A DNA stretch of 63,761 nt, filler included, from Raillietiella orientalis (lineage: Eukaryota), in NCBI GenBank assembly GCA_036172245.1. It is 3 parts of 3 records of this genome, joined end to end, with 100 filler letters (N's around TTAATTAATTAA, not from the genome) between each part and the next. Parts side by side here need not be neighbours in the genome. Positions count along the whole stretch, not along the records: positions 23,682 to 47,231 come from JAYWIR010000227.1; 2 more parts are not named here. One strand, 5' to 3'. The stretch's first letter is position 1, and each line of letters opens with the position of its first letter. A model generated the notes under the pieces. The model did not search any database, was not told the DNA's origin, and was given only the letters and a program-made list of their open reading frames with translations. The position numbers and the translations under genes were made by a program. Of this stretch, positions 26,406 through 39,560 are shown piece by piece.

Positions 26406-26795
26406 CACCGATGGCAGGAGAACGCCCTGCAGGTGAGACCGCAGGATCGCGGAAACAGCGCCGCACCTGGAACGCGCGCACGCTTTCGTCGTTGCGCGCA
26501 GCGGTTCTGCGTCGCACCCGAATAACGCCCTCTTTCGTGCCTCAGGAATTTTTCTTTTTGCTGCCCGTGAGCGACAGGCATCAGTGCCTGTCGTTCTCCC
26601 TTCTTCGGCTGCTGACGCTGATAACAAAGGCATCCTGCATAGTGCTGGACATGGTTCCGGTGGACGACCGGGATTTTGAAACATGGACATCTTGGGGAGG
26701 CCGGTAAGCTGCGCCCAGAGGGAGCGCGCAGGAGAGCGCGTCAGCGCGCCCGCGGCTTGTCTAACGCTTGTCCTCCTCTCCACTCTCACGTGCAG

Positions 26796-27734
26796 GACGA
26801 CACGGCGCCGATGGTCAGCGAGGATGACTTCGTGATTGCGGTAAGAGAGGGCGAGGACGTTGCGCAGGGTGGATGTGCGCCCCTTCAGATCGCCGACTCG
26901 TCGTGGGATGCGCTCGAGGACAGGGAGGCGGCCCGCCTTCCGCCGCGCGTCCCTGACTACGCAAACGGCGTTCGAGTGCCGAGGGACGTCTGCGCTTCGC
27001 TGACCACCCAGCAGGACTGCGCACGCCTGTTGCGATGCGTCGATGCGGAAGCCCTGTGGATGCTCTTCTACTGCGTGTGCGACCTGGGTGCCGCCCAGGT
27101 CGAGGGGCTCGTCCGCCAGGCGCAAGACAAGCCGGAAGTCCTCCTGGCTGTCATGCGCGGCGTCCGCGTCAAGCTCAGGGACGTGCTGGAGGAGAGGAAC
27201 TGCAAGGCGGAAGCGGTTCTCGAACACCTCCAGCGGCTGAAGATCCAAATCGTCGACTTCTGTTCGCTACTCAGCGACGAACAACGAAGTCGGCAGAAGC
27301 AGTTTTTAGAAGGCAGCGAGGAGGTGGAATGCATCCTGAGGTTCCTCTTCGGCCAGGAGGAGGCCACGCTGGAAAGAGTGAAGAAGGACCTGAACGGAGA
27401 CTGTGGAAAGTTCCAAGAGTTTCCCCGAAGCGTTGTGTCCGTCGATCTGACGCTGATTGATCGACGCCGGAAGATTAATGCGAGTCTTAAGGCTGGACCG
27501 GAACGCAAAGCAGCACGAAGTGGAGGAGAAGAAGAAGGAGAGCATGAGTGGGCCGTTGTTCCCTCTGCAGGCCGGAAACCTGACCGTGCAGGCGAAACGG
27601 AATATAGGGGAATAAAGAGGGCGCGTGGTTTCTTGGCGGTTCGTGAAATGGACTGCTCGCCGGGACGTGAAAGTGCGTCGGTGATGTGTGTACGGGGAGT
27701 CTCGCATTCGCTTCCTTCCAGAACAGAGGGGTAG
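26796..27734 (+). CDS. Unknown multicopy helical protein; longest intact member, probably an exon
   Basis: Open frame of >300 codons, GC3-rich, preceded by a pyrimidine tract and TGCAG acceptor-like site at ~26770-26795; paralogous fragments elsewhere in the contig (EALWMLFYCVCDLG, PEVLLAVMRGVRVKLRDVLEERN). Confidence 0.6.
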   Translation, partial: DDTAPMVSEDDFVIAVREGEDVAQGGCAPLQIADSSWDALEDREAARLPPRVPDYANGVRVPRDVCASLTTQQDCARLLRCVDAEALWMLFYCVCDLGAAQVEGLVRQAQDKPEVLLAVMRGVRVKLRDVLEERNCKAEAVLEHLQRLKIQIVDFCSLLSDEQRSRQKQFLEGSEEVECILRFLFGQEEATLERVKKDLNGDCGKFQEFPRSVVSVDLTLIDRRRKINASLKAGPERKAARSGGEEEGEHEWAVVPSAGRKPDRAGETEYRGIKRARGFLAVREMDCSPGRESASVMCVRGVSHSLPSRTEG

Positions 27735-30419
27735 CCTGGATCAAACTGGACGGCCGCCAAGACCGGGCGAACATGTTCCTGTGAATTTTAAGTTCAGATG
27801 CAGTTCCGCTGCTTGAGGAAGGGCCCAAACGCCTTCCGGACATGGATCTCAGTCCGACTTCGCATGCTGCAAGAACCGCGTGGACTTTTCCTCGGTCAGC
27901 GTCATGGTGTCCCTGAGCTCTCCGAATCACCGCCAGCCTTTCGTGTCGCTTTCGGATTGCGCGTCTGGAGACGATCGCCATCTCGTTAGCTTCCGCTGAA
28001 AAGTCGCTAATCTGAAAGCGGAGGTGCGCACGCACCGTGTGAACCAGCTTCGCCCTTCCCGGCGTCAAGAAATCTTGCTGCTACGTGACGGCTGGCGGGC
28101 TGCCCTCAGGGCGCCAGGAAAACCGACGTTACGTAAGCGCACCGCGCCGGCGTGCTGTTGCAAGAGACGCGTTGGGTGCGAGCGCTCCGTACTGCCATGC
28201 ACCTCTCGTCCGTCATGAAGACCCGTGTCGTTCGAATCCAGTCCGGAGGCGTCGCTGACCAAGCTCGTTATCTCGTGGAAGGTGAACGAAAGTCTTTTCC
28301 CGCCCTCCTGCACGCGCGCCAAGAATTCCTGAGGCAGGAAAGCAAGCCTTGCAGATACGGCGCACCGAGACAGCAGACGTTCGTGCCGAGCTCAAGACGG
28401 TTCTTGAATGCTCCCGCATGTTTTCCAGCGACTCCAGGCTTCATAATCTTCGTCTATACCGAACGAGATGAACGACTGGCTCAAGGAAGTGGAGCTGCAA
28501 TCGCTAACATGGAACTTGCCTTACGTTGACATTTTCACTGCCAACCTTTCCCACTGTGACATCTTGAAATGGGATGATGGCATCGCTTCTCTGGGTAACC
28601 ATGTGACCTTGGAAATGTGAGTAGCAAGGACTCATTTGTTCGATGCACATTCTCGATGAATGCTGGTGACTGATGCGCGCGTGTGATGCAAGTGATCTCA
28701 TTCAATGCGAAAAGGGAGAACTTCCTATTTTCGAATGCAAAGTTGGGACGGACCGGGAGCGTTGCGGAAGGAGATAACTATGGTAACTGAAACGCCGACC
28801 TGTGCAAACTTGACGTGGGAGTGTTCCTCCGCATCATCGAGACAAACGGCAGGTTTTCCCTGAATTTTTTCAGCTACGCATGTGGTAATGGCGTTTGAGA
28901 ATTTCATCGGAAGCTGCGTGTTCGAATGGCTTCGTGTGAGGCGGCGATCATCGCAATCAGAGGTGGGACGGCTGCATCTTGCTACGTCATTCTTCTCAAA
29001 GGAATTGAAGAGTTGCATCACGAAAAGCGACAAAGATGAGGTGTTTTCAGCGCACCGAAGGTAGGTTGCATGCGAAAAGGAAAAGAGGAAATTGCTGCAA
29101 AGCCACAGAGGAAAAGAAAAGAAGTCTGACAAACGAGCATTCCCGAATATGAGACGGTTTTCAAGGTCGCACGAGAGCACATATTCATCCCTGAAAAGCA
29201 AAAGGAACGACGAACGTTTCCCGGATGCACAATGCGACGGGGAACACCGTTGAGAAACGCTTTACTCCCTCGCAGTCATCTTGCCACCGGTTGTTACCTG
29301 TGGTTACTGTTTCAAGGAACGAAATCTGCATAATAGTCCTCGTGCCCTCCGCGGATGGAATGTCGCCCTTCAGAATGTACGAGACACGGAGCGGTTTGGG
29401 AAATGCGCTCTATTTTTCCACGCGTGGAAGTCCTTTGGCGGAGGGTGCTCGCAAGTTTGAGTCCTCCAAGGCGTGTGAAGAATTCGTTTCGTTGATGGAG
29501 ATCCCCCGCGGCATAGTGATGGCAGACGTCCTTCCATCGCAGAGACTGATTCACTTCAGTCTGCGACCGTTCGCCAAGATGTCGTTCATTCCTACCGTTT
29601 CTTAACCGCCGACCACATTGAAATGCTGGACGTTTCTTCCATGGATTCAGCAGGTCTTTGCGCGAGAAACCCTTTCTCCCTTCTTCTCCGTACTGTCCGA
29701 TATTCCCCTTGTCTGCTTCGATTCCCACCTATTCCACTTTCGCTGATTGCTCCTGCTGGCAGTGAACCTCCCGTTTTCCAGTAAGCAAATTGATGATCGG
29801 AGGTGCAATGCAGCCCTTGTCCTTTCATTGCAGTCAAAAGAATTATTCGATTGAAAATTTCAGATGGTGGCATCCAACCTATGTAATGAAACAAAGTCGC
29901 TTCCCGGAGGTATTCCGAATCCGTTCGCAGCTCTGTCCGGATCTTGCAGACAGCACACGCCATGCAAAAGGTGCGAAGGACCCCACCTGATTCTAGACGA
30001 CCAGGCATGCTGGTGGCGTTCAGCATCGCGATTCCAGGGATTCGCAAGTGAGATTGTCCTGCATCTGAACGCATGCCAAAGCTGCGATTTGTGTTCACAT
30101 CTACGGCTTACTGGAATGTTCCAGTCGGAAGACTTGGGATGGGGTTCGTTTCCCTACACATCATGCAGTGCATCACTGCACTCCAATGACGCTGCATGAT
30201 GCCCGCCGTCGAAAAAAGCCTGCAGCTCGACTGACGTCTTCCCGAACATGAACGAGTGCTTGCGGGTGACGCGTCTTGGATGCAACTCCATGTACCCTGA
30301 CTGCATGAAATAGGCGAATTTGAACTCACGGATGAGGAATGAAGAAATGCCCTGAAGAGTTGCACGCCCACCTGAGGGTTGCTGCAGTCCGAGTGGCTCT
30401 GTTTCAAAGAGATACGTGC

Positions 30420-30700
30420 GTCGAGGACGTGCGCACATCACCGACGGACAGGCACGTCCCTGCGAGCGGACTCTTTCACGTATCGCCAAGAAGCCTTGCT
30501 CTCTTTCCATCCCCCTATCTTCAGTTTTTCCTGTACGGTCACGTATCCGTTCTGCAGAGCGGGCAAGGGCCCACTCATGCTCTCCTTCTTGTTCTCCTCC
30601 TCCTCATGCTGCTTTCCGTTCCCGTCCAAACATGAGTCTCGCATTTTCCTCCCGACGGCGATCGATCAGCCTCATGTCGACGGACAGAATGCGTCTTTAG
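30420..30700 (-). pseudogene. Paralog fragment of the C-terminal part of the 26796-27734 protein
   Basis: GEHEWALARSA...RGMEREQGFLAIRERVRSQGRACPSVMCAR versus GEHEWAVVPSA...RGIKRARGFLAVREMDCSPGRESASVMCVR; contains a stop. Confidence 0.75.
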
Positions 30701-33700
30701 CAGTCCTCTGCCGTGTTTGCGTAATCGCGGCAACGTGAACGCCAAAAGAAGAAGAAGGCAAAACAGCAAAGACCCAATCCCTTAGACGGCGGTTTTACGG
30801 AGAACGCGACAAGATGGCCACATCGGAATACTGCCAAAGCAGCACTTGTCAGCATTTGGAACTGGATGAAGACGACCAATTCCGACTAGCAGAGATCCCT
30901 TCCCTTTCCCTAGAAATGGTTTCTTTCCTGTTGCAATCTTTTTGATCATGGCAAGTCTCCCGAGGGAGTTTGCACCAACGTGTTCTTACAAGAAACCAGC
31001 ATTACTGACGACTGTACTATGAAACTTTTGTGAAGAATTATTCATTATAAACGACGCGGTAAATGCCTGTGAAAATCTCCCGAACGCTGCCGCGCTCTGC
31101 GTCCGTCCGAACAAGCGAGGGCTGCGCCTCCTTTCCGGCCCATTGCCCGCCATCTCCCCTTCTCTTTCCGACGAGCGTCAACACCGTGCTCGCGGGCAAG
31201 GGAGGCTGGCGACACACCCTACGCACCCAGCCGCCTGGTCGCTTGGCAGCTGTTCAGCAGCCAAGTGGCAAAGAGCAGTGGGTGACCGACGAAGGCGTTG
31301 GGATGAGGCGACACGCTTTCAGGAGGAAACAACCGTGGAGCTGCAGTCCAGCTATACCGGTGAGGCCAACGTTGCCGCACAGACTGCGCAGAAGCAGGCA
31401 GTGTACCAAGATGGGGAAGTTGAGTTAGCTGCAGGTGCTGCGGAGCAGGTTGGGTTGCTACTACGGAGACGGAATTCTGGACCGGGAGGAGGAAGAAGAG
31501 GTGCTCGATCCGCAGAATCTGGGGAAGGTAATAGAGTTTCAGGAGGAAGACGAAGAACGGTACTGGGATGGAGGTCAGCGTTGGCGGAAATGTTGTGGGA
31601 AGCAAGCGTCTGTCGAATTGCTAGAGGAGGTGGATGGTGAGCTACGAGCATCCGCGTCCTCGGAGCAGGAAAGGGGGAAAGCAGACGAGTGCGAGGGCTC
31701 CGGTCGCGGTGCGCAACAGGCTCCTCCGAGGGTGATGGTTTTCCAGGAGGGGGAGGGGAAAGTGTAGGAAGTAGTCGTGTTCCTGGTTTTGGACGAGGAG
31801 GAGTAAGAGCGACGGGATGCGTGGGACCACAAGGTGCAAGCAATGCGCGCTCGTCCAGGGAATTTCCTCGGTCCAGAACGAGAACTAGGATCGTCCGCCG
31901 CGCCACAAACGAAGGAAGGAGAAGAAAAAGTTCGTTTCCAGGAGGTGTCTGGGCAGCTGCGGAGGATTTTCTGTCTGTCAGTCGGCGCCTGCAGCAGGGA
32001 GCGTCGGAGATCAGCTTGACGAGAAGCGCACCTCTCGGAAATTACGCGGACAGGCGGCAATGCCTGCTCTTCCGAAGGCGTTTCTAGCGTTGTCTCCAGG
32101 TTCCATGGCTATTCTAGCTCCGGTGTCGTCACCTACGTAATGGGATCTTCGTCCCTCCACGCATCAGGAAGATGAGGCGATTCTTCTAGAGAGCGCTCCG
32201 CGTTTTCTGTTGCGGCGCCTAGCGCTCTGCGCACCGAGCATTCCTCTTCCTTTCTCCTCCCTTGTTCCTTGTTTTAACGAATAAAGACGAGTTGGGTACG
32301 GGAAACGTATGCTCGTGGTTCTTCCTTCGAGGAGTTCCTCTCATCTGCGCAGGCATCTTCCTGCATTGCTGTAGCACGAATAGCGTAGAACTGAAGTCTC
32401 TGCTGTACACCAGCTGGAACTTAATGAATGGAAAATCTTTGCCACTTCTATCACCTTAAATGAGGACGTTTGTCAGCAAGAGTGGCTGAAGGCTAAGAAG
32501 GAGTGATTTTCGCTCGGCGCGTCTTCCCACAGAAGCGGACCCACCCACGCTCACGTTGCGCGTTCAGCATCCCTGCCGCTCTCCCGCCTCCGACGAAGTG
32601 CGCTGGAACTCTGCCATGCTGCGGTGCACCTGTCATGCCTCCGGTAGGCAACCGCGGTGGTCTCTGCCACACAAGGCGCACCCGGCTGCTTCGATCGGTC
32701 AGACTCATTGTGGGTTCCTCCAGCGTTGCTCCTGCAGAGAATCGTTTGGCTGGTTACAAGCAAGGGGTCTCCCGTGATCACGTGTTTCCGGCGCACTTGC
32801 AAGTGTCGCGGACTGCTTCCGGCGAGGACGCGTTCCGGCCCGCAGGCCTCAAGGCGGAAAGGCAGCGCTGGTCAGCCAAGAGTGGAACACCGAGTTGAGG
32901 GCGCACGCAGTTTTCTTTCGATGCGCGAGCGAGCCGACGACAAACGAGCGAGAGGAAGGGCGTGGGGAGCCCCGAGTCTTCTTGGGCAGCACCCAGTGAG
33001 CACAACGGACAGTTCCTCTCCAGTTTCGTCGACCTGGTCGCGCGGGCCTGCGCTCCCCCGTCTCGACCGCACCTGCCGACGCCCCTGCTGTACCAGCAGG
33101 AAACTCGACCGGTGCTCGCTAGCACGACGTTCACGTCTTCCGTTCAGCATCGCGTCGTGGCACGCATGATGCGAATGGGTGCCGGCCGGCGGGCAGTGGA
33201 AAGAGGCCGTGCCCCATTCGGCACGATGGTCCTTCCGAGGCCGTTCCTCTTATCGAGCCCGCAAATGTGCTGCTTGGCTGGTCGGATATTTGCCAATCTT
33301 CGAATAGTACTCAGATTCGGGAAACGTCAGAGCTCCCCGACGTCCATGGGCTCCTTGCAGAAACGCGTCCGTTCCGAATGACCGCAGTCTTTTGTTTTCG
33401 CTACCTTTGGGAACAGGTAGCCGTTCCTTCGGTGTGCTCCGCATGGGTACCCATGTACTCCTGGTGTCCCCTACGAGAGATTCTGGACCACACTGCGGGG
33501 CACCACTGCAAGTTGGCAGCCAAGTGCAACAGGTGCGCTGGGCAACCAGAGCTGAGGGAGCACATCGACAGCGCGAGGTTCACTTTCGTGGTCCACAACC
33601 TGCGCAGTCTGTGCAGGCAACAGATTCAGGATCAGAAAATGAACCTCTCGCGATTGCAGCGCCTTGCAATGCGAGCGACGATGGGCGCTTCTTGTCGGAT

Positions 33701-34734
33701 GCACCGCCGTTAAAAAGCTCCATTCGTATGCAATTGTGGGACGACGGACGCGAAATGGGCACTCCGTTCTGCTACGTCCGCAACGTGCTGGAGAAATTCA
33801 AGTGACAGCGGTTCTACAGGCTACTCGGCAGTATAGGAGACGACCGATCGGTGGCACTTTCGGGATGCAACGCGGGTGCATCCATCTGCACGATGAAAGC
33901 ATCACCCGAATCTTTATTCGTTCACACTTTGATGATGAACGTTGTCCCGAGTGATTCGCTTCACTTAGAGTCTTCTAAGGGATCAACACTTTGAGGGCGC
34001 AAGCCTTTGTGTTTCTAGCGGTGCGAGGAATGTCACGAAGCTGTGTTCAAGCATGCCTTTCAATCCCTCGGTTTTGATACCTCAAAGGATCACTGAATCC
34101 GTCGAGAAGATAAGCGAAAACGCACCATCAAAATTGACTGTCCGTGGGTGCTGATGACCGATCGTTGAAGGCTCAAGCGAAGGTGTGTACGTCATTATCT
34201 CGTTCGTTTCAGATTGAAAAGCAGTCTTGCTGCATTTCAGCACGTGACGCTAAAATTCAGGAAGCAGTATGGTCATCTACTTGAATGACAAGGGGATTAT
34301 AGAAGTTTGTGGATCGGGTGTAGAAATAGTCAAGGCTGCAATGCTAGATGTAGCAGCTAAGACCGTGGAAATTCGACGAAAAAAACATCGTACGATTACG
34401 AAGCAAATTATGCAAATGGGCTTGCGGAGCTGACATTTCGTGCTGGATGCATCCAATGACTTGGGGATGTGTATCAAATGACCTCGGCAATCCCAGCGAA
34501 AGTTCATCCACTTTCCGGGTCGTTATATTTGGCGTATCCGAATGGAAAACCAAAAAAGAATGGCAACTATGAATGCTAACGGCTAACTATAGATTGGAAA
34601 TAGAAAAAATGATGAATGTCGATAGCCTATCATTCAAGCATTAATAAAATAAGCAGTCGATAGGCCCTTAATTTTCACTGATAAAAATCTCACTGCTGCT
34701 CACGAATTGAATGAAAATTGAAGGCGTTGCACAG

Positions 34735-34930
34735 TTGACCAAGAGAAGCAAAGGGAGGTGTTGGAACGGGCTTTACCTATTTATCGGAAGAATCACGGAC
34801 CTGATCATTCCAAAGTTGATAGACTATTGGTAAACCTAAGCGATGACTACGGTACTCCAGCTGACCACATGGAACAAGAACAGTTGCTTGAAAAGACTTT
34901 GCCTATTTTTGAGAAACATTGTGGTCCTGT
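34735..34930 (+). pseudogene. Kinesin-light-chain-type 42-aa TPR repeat fragment, Wolbachia-like
   Basis: DQEKQREVLERALPIYRKNHGPDHSKVDRLLVNLSDDYGTPA / DHMEQEQLLEKTLPIFEKHCGP: 1.5 repeats resembling the LLERAL.I.EKHYG.DH repeats of Wolbachia TPR proteins, in an AT-richer island. Confidence 0.7.
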
Positions 34931-37900
34931 TCAGCATAAGCGCCGAAAGTAATGCAAAAAGGATACGGAAAGCCATCATTGCAGAAAACTGGACGCAATC
35001 ATGAATCGAATAGAAGGCATACGAATCTGTATAAAAGACAAGGATTTGGGAAAGCAAGGAAAAGGAACAGAGGTGGATAAATGCAACAACAAGTTAGTGG
35101 ACAAATTCATAGTTGAGGGTTTGATGAAGGTAATAGGAAGGGTTTCGATCAACGATCACGATTTTATCTATTAAAGGATGGGTTAAAATTACATTACAGA
35201 AACAACGATAGCCAAGTCGGAGTAAGTGTGGGACTGAAGGGGCAATGAGCAGGAAGTGGAAGATTATGCAAAGGGCTGGAAGAAGGCGGCGAAGTTACGG
35301 CAAGAGCAGCCAACGAATCGAAAGTTCACAAGGAGGATACTTTAGGGGTTGACCGGAAACGTTGCTATTCGAGCGGCAGCACGGGCAAAACGGAGTTTTG
35401 GACCCCTCCTTGTGAAGAAACTTGCAGCAAAATTGGGCAGTGAGATATTGCACATTTGAATTGCGAAACCTGTTGTCACACAGATTATTCTCCTGATATC
35501 CCTGATATCCGTGCAAACCTGTTTGTTTTCGTATTTCGCTCATTTGGCCTAAATGGCTGCTAAAATAAGAACTTATTACCATTCTATCACGTCGAATCCT
35601 CAAAGAAAAAGCAGCATCCACCACGCTTTTCAAGACTGGGCAAGCATTTTAGAAACAAGAAATCCGTACGCAGTACTGTCCGTCCTTGGCCATCGCTCCA
35701 TATCCCACGTCAAGTTTGGATGGATAGAAAGGAAATAGGTGAGAGAGCCACGGGCGCCTCATCAGCTCTTGCACGCGACCACTCGCTTTCGGTGCTTCGC
35801 TCCAACCGTTTCCCAGGGCCAATAGCATATTGACCAATGCGGGTAGCGGACGTTCTGTTACTAACTGTGTTTTCGTGTTTCTTCGACTCGTTTCCATGTC
35901 GCAAGGGCCGCCGTGTTGATTAGCGCCGAGGGGAAAGCTATGGGACGAAAACAGGACACTTGGCTTGCCAATCCTGCCGGAGACCAATTCGTGGTACGAG
36001 GCTATCGAGGTGGCGGGAGCGCTCACTCAAGTCTTCTTCGCCGTACTAACCATGACTTTCTTTGGCATTGCAAATGGGGCCTTGCTTTTTCGCGTGTCGC
36101 TGCCAATTTGCAAGGTTGGGGTAGTTTAACATTGAGGATATAGCGGGAGCGGAAGTATCTCATCAGTAGCACACTGCTCCGTCTTCATCGGCAAATGCAT
36201 GCCAACAACGCATGCAGTTGGCCCTTTTCGACGTAATTCGAGTGCGGTTGGACACTGGAATGCAATTTTCCTTTCTAGATTCCAGTGTTACTCTACCCGG
36301 GTGACGGAGAACGGATCCAAGAAGCTCCATCCACCTTCTGCTTGCATTTTCGTCTTCTCCCAAATAGGGGACTCGCCAACTATCCGCTCGTGGATTTTTC
36401 GTGCAGAGTCGTCTCGTTTTGCGGATATCATCCTTGCCAAAAGAAACCGAAAAGGAGTCGGCATCACTCTACTGTGGAAAGCACACGTCGACAAACGTAA
36501 ACTCTCTCCACCTAGAAGGGAAACTTTTTCGAATCATGGATTCAGTTGTGGCGGTCATCGCGGCACCAGTTTAGGGCAGTTTCATCATTGAGATTGTAGG
36601 GGTAGCGTGGAAATTCTACAGGAGCTGCCAAAGTTTGTTTGATCTTTTGCACACCCGTTGCACCGTGCTCTTTGATGCGGTTGTTGCGCAGAGAGCCATC
36701 AAATGGGTTACACCGGTCGCCTATCCAATTCATGGCGAGAAGTTTCGTGTCCAGGAGAATAGTCAAAGGATCAACCTCTTGAGAACACGCAGCGCTACCA
36801 AAAGTGCCAACACTTAAAATAGGTGGTAAATTGCCCTTTTTTTCCTGCTCAGTTTAGGCCGAGCATTTCAACTTTACTTGCTCTTCCTCGACACACCACA
36901 AGAAAGCCGGAGTGCTAATTATCAAGGAATGCCTGTTTTTGTTTTCATGCCGTGCCCATGTAGGGCGATTGAGCGAAGTTATTCAAGAGGTCAACTGGAA
37001 AAAGGGTAACAAAGGGGTTTAGAGGGTTGTGCAGGACAAAGAAAATGTTGGCAAGGGAAGGGAAACCCATGAATCGCATACAAAATCTGACAGCCGAAGA
37101 CGTAGAGAATGCGATTCCGTTCACTGGCCGATGCCCGGAAAATGATGCTGCAAAAGGTGGCACCTTCGAAAGAAGAACAGTGTGGAATGTATTTTTGGAA
37201 TACTCCAGGCGTGCGTCTTTTCAAACAGCGGGGAAACGCCTTGGAGCAAACGTTGCAACTCAAGCGACGGAATCGACTTCTTCCATTCATTAAAGGAGAA
37301 AATTGGAAGGATACGGTGTGACCGGAAACGCAGCGAATGCTGACTACATAGTCACCAGGCCAAAAGCCAGCGGTATTTTGAATGTGCTTGCTAATCATGT
37401 GAGCTGCTCGCCAATCGTTGCAGCTGATGGAAGCAGTGAGCATCCAACTCAGCATCCTTGGGGGCTAATTGGGAATCAGTAGTCAGAGACAGCAACTAAA
37501 GATTCTCACAAGCGCGACGTGCGGAGGCAGTTGGCAGAGAGCGGAGCTGCAGGATCGAACACGAGATCAGGAAAAATGGAGTTCGGAGCGAAGGAATGCT
37601 TGGCCGCAGCACCAACTGTGCTTTGTACGCACTTCCCTGATGAGGCAGATTCACACCATTCTTCAGTAGTTGAAGCCCTGAAATATGCCGATGGAATTGT
37701 GCTCATGGATTTACAATCGTTTTGCTCCTTCGGAAAGAGAATGCTTTCGTTTGTATGGGCGCGATTCACAGAAGTGGTCGTAGGCAAACCCAAGTGCGAT
37801 TGGCCCCAGGGCAAAAAAGCAGGGAGATTTCGTTTGGCAGCGACATGGGAGATTCCGCAGCAGATGGAATTGGGACTGCCAACACGCAAGGCAGTGCTGC

Positions 37901-39126
37901 ATTCGTATAGTCCTTGCAGAAATGCAAAATGTGGATGTGTGACTCCGTAACAATTTGCCTTCGGTATCTTGGAATAACCAGAAAACTTGGTTCGAAACGA
38001 GCACACCATGCAGCCTTTTTCGATGAAATTGCATGCAAAAACTGCATTCCAGTGGCGCGTCGCGCTAGGACGACACCCCCAGAGGATGCGCAGCAGTTGC
38101 CTTCCAAACTCCATCATGCGAGCAATCGCGTATCAGCCATCTGCCTAGAAGATTCCACGGTTCTCCTACTTCCTCACGCTCCCTAACTTCTGGCCTGGAT
38201 ACGTAGAAAACCCTGGAAAATTCGCAATGTCCCAATGGCCTCCGTCCACGCCTTCCACATCGTTTTCCTCTTGTGGCTCGAGACCTTTTGTGACGTGCGG
38301 GGCTATGGCTTTCCCGTGGCAATCCGAGTCGCGGGATGCAAGAGCTTTGCCGGGACTGTTGCAGTCTGCACGTCAAGAGTGAATAATACATCGTGACCTT
38401 TGATTTGATCCTTGCAATCACGTTTCTCGTTGATGCCGCATCACCGCACACACCACCCATCGTCTTCTATTACATCATTCGTTTCTCATTATGCACCCAA
38501 ATACGGAACTATTTTGGATATTACCAAGACCGAAGGGTTCTTTGTTTCGATGCATTCCTTCGATATATGTATAACTTTCCGAATCGCGTTTCGGTTACGA
38601 GCAAAACTCTTGAACACTGAATCCACTGTCCAGGTAGTGGTCAGTGTACCGTTTCGCGGATGCGGAGTGAGACCGTTCGTGCAGTAATAGCTAGCAATAA
38701 TCTATTTACCGCAATCAAGTGACGTAACGCTAAAGTTCGCAATGACCCAATGGAAAAGCCTTTAGCGGTCAGAGGAAATCGGTTGGCGATGCTGGAATGC
38801 GAAAGCATTGCACATCGACAAACCCGGAATCGAGACACGCAGCGCCCTACGACCAATTGAGTAGTGAATTCAAGTAAAAGAACGAAACCGAAGGCTCCCT
38901 GCGTATTTCCGCGTTGGGATTGAGAAAACATCGAAGAGCAATCAGCAAGCAGACCTCATAAAGTTCGTGATTCGGATTTTGCTATAAAAAGGCTGGGAGG
39001 ACAAAGGCTGTTCGTGCGTGGGGGTTCGCTTGCAATTGGGGACTCGCACCTTTGGGCAAAAGGAGGTGCATATAGGACTGCTGAAGAGACGAAAGGTGCA
39101 GAAAAATCAATGGAAAAAGCGTTCTC

Positions 39127-39560
39127 GTGGCTGAACAGAAAGATGAGTATCGCCCTTGTGTCGGCATAATGCTATTCCGGAAACGAGGACACGTTTGTGT
39201 TGGAACACGCTTTGATGATTACTGTGACAAGCAGATGGCAAAAGGAGCATTTGAGGGTGGTGACGCGCAGCAGCGGGCAGCGTTGCGCGAGCTGCTGGAG
39301 GAATTCGGCACTGCGAAAGCGGGGCTTTTAGATGAATGTAAGGGAGAAGCTGCCTGAAATCAGAGATATTCTGCCCGGAAACCGAGGGGGTGGGGCTTGG
39401 GATTTCCTGGCGAGAATCGAGTCGTCGCTATTGACTGTGAAGTTCATCCAGAGTTCCAGCAGTGGCTTTGGCAAAGAACGGATGACTGGGGAGCAAATGC
39501 GAAAGGAAGGTTCTCAAAATGCGACAGGAGGGTCTTCTTCCGAAACGAAGGCCACTTGAG
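39127..39560 (+). pseudogene. rppH: RNA pyrophosphohydrolase RppH/NudH pseudogene of Wolbachia/Rickettsiales type
   Basis: One frame: EYRPCVGIMLF..G.RFD, decayed Nudix box QMAKGAFEGGD..QRAALRELLEEFGT, TGA at the conserved Trp of W..RYS..K, then F.GE...AID...HPEFQQWLWQ; a short internal deletion. Confidence 0.85.

Larger units (their letters stand above)
23713..27385 (+). repeat. Left arm of large inverted repeat
   Basis: Reverse complement of 43590-47231. ORF translations are identical in mirror (23760..24008 = 46936..47184; 25646..25939 = 45034..45327). Near-identical to ~26020, then progressively more diverged. Confidence 0.95.

Noticed and set aside
37600..37720. GTPase-like strand (VEALKYADGIVLMD)
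   Set aside because: No P-loop, DxxG or NKxD in frame; likely chance.
38930..39060. Carbamoyltransferase-like stretch (FAIKRLGGQ) upstream of rppH
   Set aside because: The STRT motif is absent and the similarity is too short to call.
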